The notes under the pieces are model-generated. The model searched no databases. It saw nothing but the letters and a program-made list of their open reading frames with translations, and was not told the DNA's origin. A stretch of 64,000 nucleotides of DNA, taken from contig NC_069006.1 of the NCBI RefSeq assembly GCF_001194135.2, positions 16,539,763 through 16,603,762 of the forward strand, in the 5' to 3' direction. The stretch's first letter is position 1, and the number at the start of each line of letters is the position of its first letter. The position numbers and the translations under genes are program-made. Of the stretch, positions 54,328-64,000 are shown piece after piece. This stretch comes from Octopus bimaculoides. Lineage: Eukaryota.

Positions 54328-54750
54328 ATAGATGTTTTCCTGGGGCTAAAAAGGAGTAACATCATCCTACATACGACTGTCACTTTGTGTTGGCAAACAG
54401 ACTTTAATGTACAGTACTGTTACCACACATCTCTTGCTCAGAGATTTAAAACTAGTTGTTTTGCTCTTTATGAGATCAGCAACTGTGTGTCGCTTTAAAA
54501 GTATATACTGTGAGCAAAGGTGAGTGTCTGCTATCTCTAGCCGGCGGTTGTCTTCTACTGATGAAGGGAAATTACCCAGACACCATTGGTCTACAGGTAC
54601 CACTACTGCCAGAAAGGGACTCCCTTGCGCACAGGATATGGACACAGATCATGTGTCAGTAGGCAGCTGGAATAGATGTTTTCCTGGGGTCAAAAAGTAG
54701 TGACATTGCCCTATGTAGGACTGCCACTTTGTGTTGGCAAATAGACTTTA
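54328..54750 (+). repeat. 344-bp-period direct repeat enclosing a degenerate hammerhead-like motif
   Basis: 79-bp copies at 54328-54406 and 54672-54750 (about 12 mismatches by eye); CTGATGA-AGGG-AAATTA-CCCA-GACA-CC-ATT-GGTC at 54558-54591. Confidence 0.45.
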
Positions 54751-55115
54751 CTATACACACACACACACACACACACACACAAAACTTTTGGGCATTGAGT
54801 CACTCTGTTGCTTCTTAAAAGTAAAGTATGGCAGCATATCTGTTTGTCTATACATACATATGTATCTATGTACATCCCACCACAGCACACATAATACATG
54901 CATGCATACATATGGGGCAACCATACACACATGAACCAAAAAGGGAACATCTTAATCTGAAGCATTTAATTAACGAGAACTTTCTGGAACTAATTAAATG
55001 TTAGTTGGCACAATGACTAAATCTAAATGAAAAATAAATGAATGGAGATAATGAATACTGAATATACCTACATAAAGAAAATATGCATATATTTACAGTT
55101 ACATATTAAAAAAAA

Positions 55116-55180
<65 letters not shown>

Positions 55181-55185
<5 letters not shown>

Positions 55186-55855
55186 TCATCATCATCATCA
55201 TTTAACATCCTTTGTCCATGCTGGCATGGGTTGGACAGTTTGATCAGGGCTGGTGAGCTGAGGGGCTGCACCAGACTCCAGTCTGATTTGGCATGGTTTC
55301 AATGGCTGGTTGCCCTTCCTAACACCAACCTATCTGAGAGTGTAATGGGTGCTTCTACGTGCCACTGGCACAGGTGCCAGTTGCATGACACCAGTATCTG
55401 CCACAAATATGATATCACTTGCTTGGTGGTGGTCTTCTTAAGCATAACATATTGCCAAAGGTCACTTGTAATTGCCGCCATGAGGCCCAACAGTTGAAAG
55501 GTGCTTTTTATGGGCCACTGGCATGGGTGCCAGTTACACGATACCAACAATTGCTACAACTATGATTACACTGGGCTCAACGGGTCTTCTCAAGCAGAGC
55601 ACATTGCTAAAGGGCTCAGTTACTAGTCATTGCCTCCTTGGAGCACGGCATTCCAAGATCATGCTTCACCACCTCATCCCATGCCTTCCTGGGTCTCCCT
55701 CTTCCACAGCTTCCCTCCACTTTTAGAGATCGGCATTCTTCACACAGCTGTCCACCATCCAGTTGCATCACATGACCATACCAATGCAGTTGTCCCTCTT
55801 GCACACCACATCTGATGCCTCTTATGCTTACACACTGACATTGCACATCCAGCAA
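55181..55855 (-). mobile_element. RTE-clade LINE 3' end: RT C-terminus, 3' UTR and (GAT)n tail
   Basis: QLHWYGHVM...VEGSCGRGRPRKAWDEVVKHDL is a typical RTE C-terminus; the UTR has a CCATGCT(A/G)GCATGG hairpin and a (GAT)n tail. Confidence 0.82.
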
Positions 55856-55895
55856 AGAATACTAGCTTCATTTCTTTCAAGCCTACGTATGTATG

Positions 55896-56277
55896 GTGGA
55901 GGCGCAATGGCCCAGTGGTTAGTGCAGCGGACTCGCGGTCATAGGATCGCGGTTTCGATTCCCAGACCGGGCGTTGTGAGTGTTTATTGAACGAAAACAC
56001 CTAAAAGCTCCACGGGACTCCGGCAGGGGATGGTGGCGAACCCTGTTGTACTCTTTCACCACAACTTTCTCTCACTCTTACTTCCTGTTTCTGTTGTGCC
56101 TGTAATTCAAAGGGTCAGCTTTGTCACACTGTGTCATGCTGAATATCCCCGGGAACTACGTTGAGGGTACACGTGTCTGTAGGGTGCTCAGTCACTTGCA
56201 CGTTAATTTCACGAGCAGGCTGTTCCGTTGATTGGATCAACTGGAACCCTCGACATCGTAAGCGACGGAGTGCCAAC
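55896..56277 (+). mobile_element. tRNA-derived SINE family A, full length
   Basis: A-box TGGCCCAGTGG, B-box GTTTCGATTCC, about 380 bp, 11-bp TSD ACGTATGTATG (55885-55895, 56278-56288). Confidence 0.88.
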
Positions 56278-57103
56278 ACGTATGTATGATCGTATGGATG
56301 TATATGTGTATACTCGTGTGTGAGCCTGAGGTGAAGAGGAGGACAAGAGGTAGATAATGATGATAGAGATAAAGATAAGGTGCCATATCTATAAAATAAA
56401 TATGTTACAGTATATATGGAAGAGTGTAGTGTACAAACACACAGTTTACCTTAGACACAGTTTGCTAAACAGAAATGGTAAATGAGAGAGTAGGTGGGGG
56501 TCAAGCCATACCCTCTGATATGTTTGTTGCAAAGCTAAATATATTTGAAGTATATTTATATTTCATAAACACACACACACATGTGGGTGGTGGGTGTATG
56601 TATTAGTTTTACAGTGCAATATATTCTTTACAAGTATAGGCTTGTGTATAAATATAGAAAGAGAAAAAAGTAGTGCATAAGGTGTGTGTATATCAAATCT
56701 ATGTCATATGTGATAACATAATTGAAAGTGCCTATACATGGCTATACGTAGAGGACTGGAATATCAAGTGTATATACGAACTGCAGCCAAGCTGGGGTAC
56801 TACCCTGAACAGTTTAGTTGACCAAATTGATCCCAGTCTTTTTTTTTTTTCTTTAGCCTGCTACTTATTCTATTAACCTCTTTTTGTTGGAACACTAAGA
56901 ATGTGGGGTTGTAAACAAACCAACACCTGTTGTTAAGCAGAGGTAAGGGACAAACACACACATAAATGTGTGTGTGTATGACAGGCTTATTTCTGTCGAC
57001 CAAGTCTCTCCCAACACTTTGGTTGGCATGGGGTTCTAGTAGATGACACTCGCCCGAGGTGCCTTAATGAAAATTATAGTATTGTTTATCCATGTATACC
57101 TAT

Positions 57104-57159
<56 letters not shown>

Positions 57160-59063
57160 ATGTGATCCCCTGACTTGTTAGATCCTATCAAACCATCCAG
57201 TCCATATCAGACACATGATGATGATGATGATGGTATAAATTCCTCGTTATGTTGTAAGAGTCATGGAAAAACATTTCTTTCACAATACAACCTGAATAGG
57301 GAAAAGCAGAAAAAAAAGGACAAGAATAACTTCATTTCTCCTGAATCTATTACGAGACCCAAGTCACAATCAATCAATCTGACTACAATATAATTGGAGA
57401 AACAACACACACACCTCGCTTCCCCCATTTTCTCCAACCTCCTTTGCTCCACTGAAAGCTTGTCATGAATATATATAACTGGATTGTCAATCAATTTGAT
57501 TAGAATACAAGTGAAGTAGAAGAAAGAAGAAGAAGAACAACAGAAAACCCTCCTCCCCTCTGTCATATTCTCCTGCCTGTTCTCTTTCCACCCCTGAGTC
57601 TACAGTGAGAGTCAACTGTCTATCAATTATGTTAAGAAACAGTTGTTATAGCAGCAGGAAATGTTGATATTTAGATATTTATGTACTGAAAGATGAAAGA
57701 GAGATAGAAAATGTGATGACATGTCATTTATGCAGATCAATAATCTGTATATAATATATAAATATATAAATATGTGGACAGTTTGATCAAACTGTTTCTA
57801 ACAATAAGCGGGGTGGAGGGGATTAGTCAATTATAACAACCCAGGTACTTGGATGGTATTTTATTTTGTTGACTCTAGAAGGATGAAAGGCAAAGATGAC
57901 TTCAGTGGGATTTGAACCCAGAACATAGAGGGCTGTAACTAAACATTGCAACACATTTTCCATGACACTCCAATGATTCTGTCAGTTCATCATTTTTTGG
58001 TGGGTGGGCAGAGCTGATTAAAACACCTCAGTATTTAACTGGTGTTTACTTTGTCAATTCCAGAGAGATGCAAGGTAAAGTTGACTTTAGCAGGATGTGA
58101 ACATGAAACACAAAGACTTGTAATTGAATGCTATAAAGCCTTTTGTTCTCCGTTTTCCCATTCTGCCAATTCAGACCAAAAGAATTTCTTCCTCCTTTGG
58201 CAAAAGACCAGTGTGTGTGTGTGCGCACGCACATGCATGTGTGATGGGGAAGGTCAGGGAGTTGGGAAATGAGTTGTGGAAACTGGTGTTAAATGAAATC
58301 CAATATTTGATTGATACTTTATTGTATCGGAATACAATTGAAAAACAACAAAGAGCCAAAATCTGAGTCAAACAAACACATGTCGACATAGTCGCTAAAC
58401 ATGCTAAAAATAGCAGCCAATTTTCCCCTAAATTCAGACTGTAAAAAGTGGTAAACAAGAAGATATAGCAATTCACTGCTGGATGTTTCCTTTTTCATGC
58501 CTGAACATTATTTTTGGTTGCTCTACTGACTCTTAAAGCTTCTACACTAACTTAATGATGACTGGGCACTGACAGTTAAAATACTTGTTATTGCAAGTTA
58601 ATTGGACTAAAAGCTATATGAGGTAATGTATCTTGCCCAAGGATACAAAATACCTCCCAAACGGAATTGAAACCATGATTTTATGATCAAGAGCCTGGTT
58701 GCTAAACAACTAAGCTATGTGACTTCTTATTTCATTTTTTACTTTGTAAAATTTATAATATTTAAGAAATTAAATTGTATAATATAGTCAAAGATACATG
58801 ATGCCTAAAAAAATAGTCATGGTCTGAATGTTTTTTGATTGTATGTCTTGCTCTGTCAGAGACTACCCTGGAGCTAATTGTTGACAGCACCATCGTCTTC
58901 AGTATCTTCCACTCTTCTTCTCTGAACCTACCATGAGATCCAACAGGCTGTCAAATCAATGATGTTAGCAAGCAGTTGTTATAGTAGCAGGAAATGCTGA
59001 TATTTAAAAGTTTATGCTTGTGAAACTGGAGAGAGAATGTGATCACATGTAGTTTAATATAGA

Positions 59064-59100
<37 letters not shown>

Positions 59101-60184
59101 AATACACACACACACACACATGCAGGGGTGTTATAGTAGCAGGAAATGCGAGAGAGGCCGTGACTGCATGTAGCTGCAAATGGATCAATAATCCATAGAA
59201 ACTGAATGTACAACATTGCAATACATACACAAGCCTCTTCTAAATTATAAGGGTTTTTAGCTGTTGATGTCTATTCATAAGTCAGCCCTGTTCAAGCAAA
59301 ACAATGAGCTCAACATTCCAAGTGTGACCATCACATCTTTTACTTATATGCAAAGAACCAAGGAACACATTACGAAATGTGTTCTTTTCTTAGACAGTTG
59401 GGTTGGATATGTTCGAACAAGATTTGGCTGTTATTTCTAGGAAGTTGAGAGACCATATAGAAGCTCCTTTGGAATTGCATTTGTGTGTGTTAGCATAATA
59501 GTGCAGTAAATAGAGCAGCTGATACCGCATGACACAGCAGATGGATCCAAATGATGCATGGATGCCATAAGTGGAATTACTGTATCACAAATGATTATCT
59601 ATTTCATTGATCTCAGATCAATCTGTTTCACTACTGTTCTTATTTTGGTGCCCGTTTTCTGAAATCTTTCATCACACATCCTTCCTCACGTGTCTCCCCC
59701 TGTCTTCTTTAGTCCATTCCCTACATTTCGTATTTAGGCATGATGTTATGACAAATGGGTTGGGGACAAAATTAAATCTAATCTGGTTTTTGAAAAGTAC
59801 TTTATCAACCCTAGTACACAACTTCAGGGGCAGCTGTGTTCTAGGGTTGATTACGTGCAAGTGTGGCTGTGTGGTTCCAGGTTCAGTCCCACTGCCTGGC
59901 ACCTTGGGCAAGTGTCTTCTACTATAGCCTCAGGCCAACCAACGCCAACTGCGTGAATTTCGTAAACAGAAACTGAAAGAAGCCTGTTGTATATATATGT
60001 GTATTTAATGTGTGTGTGTGTCTGTGTTTGTTCCCCCACCACCACCACCACCATCACCATCACAGGGCCACAGTCAAATGACTGAAACAAGTAAAAGAAT
60101 GAAAGAATAACTGGTACACATCATCACAGCCTCGGTATATGACTAGTACATTAAAAAAGTAAAACCAATACTGCTATGGTTTAA

Positions 60185-60405
60185 CCCTTTCGTTACCAAC
60201 CCGGCTGAAACCGCCTCTGGCTCTGTAGTTCAAATGTCTTGTTTTTATAAGTTTTGAATTAAGATCTTCCACCAAACCTTAGTCACAATTTATGTTCCTA
60301 ACACCAGCTTAATGAAAACTAAGTTATATTACTAAATTCTTTCTAATATTTAAAGTAACTGAAAAAAACACAGAGCATTTCAAAATAAATACAGTAACGA
60401 AAGGG
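60185..60405. mobile_element. piggyBac-type MITE family 1, opposite orientation
   Basis: TTAA on both sides, same TIR and internal sequence as 26595-26816. Confidence 0.85.
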
Positions 60406-61351
60406 TTAAACACAGAATGTAAAGGACATAACTATGAGAACCATAATGTATTTAGTCTAGGATTTTGCCCTTTTTACCGCCCTATCATGATGATGATGAT
60501 GATGACAATGGTGTTAGTAGTAATAATAACAATGAAAATGATGCTGGTGTTGATGATGACAACAATGATGATTAATAACTTCTACTATTTGTGAAGCTGT
60601 AAATTAGGGAGCAAGGCATGAGGGTGGTATGATGTGGTGTTGATGATAACAGATTGAAAAGATGGAAGGCAGAGGATTTGAACTCAGAATATAAAGGAAT
60701 GTTTTAGATACAGAAACATATTTTAGTGCAGTTGCACTCTACCGGTTATTCTACCGTACACCACCTGGTGATGATGACAATGATGAAGAATGATGGTTTC
60801 TGAGACAGGTGCAAAAGCACAAATTTAGAGCAAGAGATTAGTTGGTTAAATTGACTCCAATACTTAGTTGCTGCTAACTTTTATTGCCCACTGGCCATTT
60901 CAGAAGAATGAAAAGCAAAGTCCACCATCAAGTTATGAACTCTGAATTCAAAGGGACATAATCAAACTCTGCAAGAGGTTTTGCTCACCATTGCCCACTG
61001 GTTCTATGACCATTCCACTCTTTGCTAATTACCCATCAATGTATATATATTTGAATAGGGCTTAAAGGGCTAAATTTGTTGTGGCAAAAGTGGAGTTGGA
61101 TGACACAGGGTCAGTGCACACAAACAGACACACACACATGTACACACACACACTTTATGTTTCTTTTACTGTTCACTTTTATTGTGTGTACTGTGCCTGC
61201 AATCTTGGTATTTATTGCTTTCCTTCTTCATGTGACTTTCAGCACACCATTTACCATTTTCTGAGAAGTTGTGCTCCTGAGCACTGTGCACAATGCACTG
61301 CTACTACTGATGATGATGATTATTATTATTATTATTACTATTATTCTCAGA

Positions 61352-61666
61352 GTGGAGGCGCAATGGCCCAGTGGTTAGGGCAGCGGACTCGTGGTTATAG
61401 GATCGCGGTTTCGATTCCCAGACCAGGCGTTGTGAGTGTATATTGAGCAAAAACACCTAAAGCTCCACGAGGCTCTAGCAGGGGATGGTGGTGAACCCTG
61501 CTGTACTCTTTCACCCCAACTTTCTCTCACTCTCACTTCCTGTTTCTGTTGTGCCTGTAATTCAAAGGGTCAGCCTTGTCACACTGTGTCACGCTGAATA
61601 TCCCCGAGAACTACGTTAAGGGTACACGTGTCTGTGGAGTGCTCAGCCACTTGCACGTTAATTTCA
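61352..61666 (+). mobile_element. SINE family A, 3'-truncated
   Basis: Same family. Older degenerate pieces also occur at about 26978-27150 and 24750-24820. Confidence 0.83.
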
Positions 61667-62714
61667 ACCAAGATTCACGATAAATAACTCAGGAGAATAT
61701 ATATCTTTAAAAACAAACAACCAAAGAAGTAACCATAGCGCAAATAAACACAAACAGCAGCAGCAAATATTGGTTTCAAATTTTGGCACAAGGCCAGCAG
61801 TTTAGGGGGGAGGGGCGAAGTTGATTATTAAATTGACCCCGGTGATCAACTGGTGGACCATTTTATCACCATTGAAAAGATGAAAGGCAGAGTCAACCTC
61901 GGCAGACTTCGGACTCAGAATGTAGAGATGGAAAAAATTTCACTAAGCATTTTGCCTGGCATGCTAACGATTCTGACAGCTTGTTGCCTTAACAACAGTA
62001 AATATTATCTGCTAAGAAGTAGTACCACCACCACCACTGCTACTACTACTACTAATAATAATAATAATAATAATAATGATGATGATGATGATGATGATGA
62101 TGATAATAATAATAATTGGTGCACTTTGCACTACATCCAAACTGCTAGTTAAGAGATGAAAGATATCGGAACTGAGACTTGCATTGTCAACTGGTAGAAC
62201 AATGCAATCTTGTAGTCTACAAGAATCCTAAGAAAGATTTTTCAGATCCGAAGAGACTTGTTCTCACTAAACCTCAAGACAACATCCCTGCTAGCTAATA
62301 CAGCACAACAACAACAATAATAATAATGGAGCAACTCTAGAATATCTCAAAAAATTACCAGAAATAATCATTTTTAATTCTGTCTCATTTGTTTTTTTAG
62401 TTTAACTGCTTCTCTAATATACAGAAATACATACACAATAAAATAATATATGCGTTTATACATACACACAATGTGTGTGTGATTTGGGTAGAAAAAGTAT
62501 GTAGTTTTTATTCTGTTCTACACTGGGTCCTAAGAAATATTAATTGGAATTTTCCCTCTAAAAAAGTGTTTGAGATAAAAAAAAAAATAACAATAGCAAC
62601 AATAATAACAGTGTTAATAACAAAAATTACATTTTGTGTTTTGCAATAGTGGAATGAATAAACAATTAAATTTTCTTACCAGGAGATGATGGAGATAGAT
62701 GACTGACAATGCTG

Positions 62715-62764
<50 letters not shown>

Positions 62765-63633
62765 GACGGATAATAAACAGAAAGCAAGGCAGGTTTGATG
62801 TGAACCCCCACTATCACCACCACCACCACCACCACCACCACCACCACTAGTTCCTGGATGAGGACAGTCAGACAGTTTACTACTGGCACAGCTGCTCTCT
62901 TTATCTAAACATTCCTACATTTATACACACTAACATACACACACACACACTGTGTTTATCTAACAGTGGTGTGAGAGGATGAGAATGAATGAGATGGCAG
63001 TGGTGTTAGCGGTATTGTTGTTATTGTTTAACCCTAGGCAAGTTGTGGTGGAGCAGATCTGTGGCCAAACATATTCACTTTTATATTTTTTCTTTTTTAT
63101 CCAGTGTATATTTTTTGGTAAGACAGTATAATGTAATCTAAGGGAGATTCGGCTGTTATTTCTAGCAAGTCCGGTGACTAGTGTTGGTGGTGGAATTCTT
63201 TCAGGGTTTGAACTGAGCGGAGACCAGCTTATCCAGAAGAGATGTAATTACATAGCAAACTGCCCAGCGTGACACAACAAAGGTCTCCCGCCTCATGTGT
63301 GTAATCTGTGTCTGTTCATATTCACTGTCCACTCTGCGGATACTCCACCGGATAATGTCTCTGCAGCTTAATTACAGTAGATGAGGCTGGCTTGTTAAGA
63401 CACACGGACAAGCTGGTTTATAATAGGGTATTTTTTTCAAGTGTGCTGGAGAAGAAACAGGGAGAAGAAATGAGCAGGGGATACTGCTGCTACAGCTACT
63501 ACTACCGCTGTAGTAGTTGCTGCCACTGCCCCAAACATCCTACTGCTGCTATTAGCAGTTGTGGTAGTTGTACTTAGTATCTTCTACAGCTGTGGTTCAT
63601 TCAGAGATCAAATCACCCTGCACTTACTCTAGC

Positions 63634-63671
<38 letters not shown>

Positions 63672-63865
63672 TCTCATCTACTGGAGAGATAAGAGTCATG
63701 TCACTGCTGATTAAAGGATGTATCTGTGTGCCTATCTATTTGTTTATATATCTTTGTATCTATCAAACTAGACACTATCCACCTCTACCAATGAATGCAT
63801 GTAAGCACCATATATTTATTATAATGGATATCCATCCATTTACCTATCTAACTAGCTATCTATCT

Positions 63866-63900
<35 letters not shown>

Positions 63901-64000
63901 CATTATATATAATCCATTGACATTTACATATATACATACACGCATATACACAGCTTGATATGTGTGTGTTTGTGTATGTGTGCATTCCTGTCTGTGTGTG

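Noticed and set aside
55896-55975. tRNA gene calls at SINE heads (also 1990-2064)
   Set aside because: There is no complete acceptor stem or Pol III terminator, and the heads continue into SINE bodies with TSDs.
57408-57480. KLSVEQRRLEKMGEAR resembling the pre-IQ segment of myosin-18
   Set aside because: It lacks the RGYL and FFRAG context, has no acceptor, and has the wrong phase.
283-63958. Most ORF-track entries (poly-YI, poly-CV, poly-L/I, X-filled, and SINE-derived ORFs such as [14 protein letters not shown]...)
   Set aside because: They are translations of microsatellites, N gaps or non-coding SINEs.
1-64000. CRISPR arrays, rRNA, operon-like or prokaryotic systems
   Set aside because: No repeat-spacer arrays, rRNA or dense coding sequence; the window is eukaryotic intronic DNA.

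Overview
AT-rich, microsatellite-dense, gapped animal genomic DNA. The repeat landscape suggests an octopus or other cephalopod, which is inference only. One protein-coding gene is supportable: 13 minus-strand exons (39683 down to 866, about 524 aa) of an unconventional myosin-XVIII (MYO18A/Mhcl-like), covering the IQ/neck region and most of the coiled-coil tail. Both ends of the gene lie outside the window. One intron is GC-AG, and about 33 aa of tail is unaccounted for between 28073 and 8905. The rest is intronic and filled with tRNA-derived SINEs, RTE and R4-like LINE fragments, mariner and maT transposon relics, piggyBac and hAT MITEs, and long palindromes. The most unusual signal is a set of hammerhead-ribozyme (HHR) motifs in four unrelated repeat contexts: a tRNA-headed SINE (1754-2092), a gap-truncated motif (about 45340), a TSD-flanked 156-bp-arm palindrome with one HHR on each strand (49093-49845), and a 344-bp-period retrozyme-like repeat (54328-54750). 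All of this was read by eye, with no database searches or folding software. Almost all ORF-track entries are microsatellite or N-gap artefacts.
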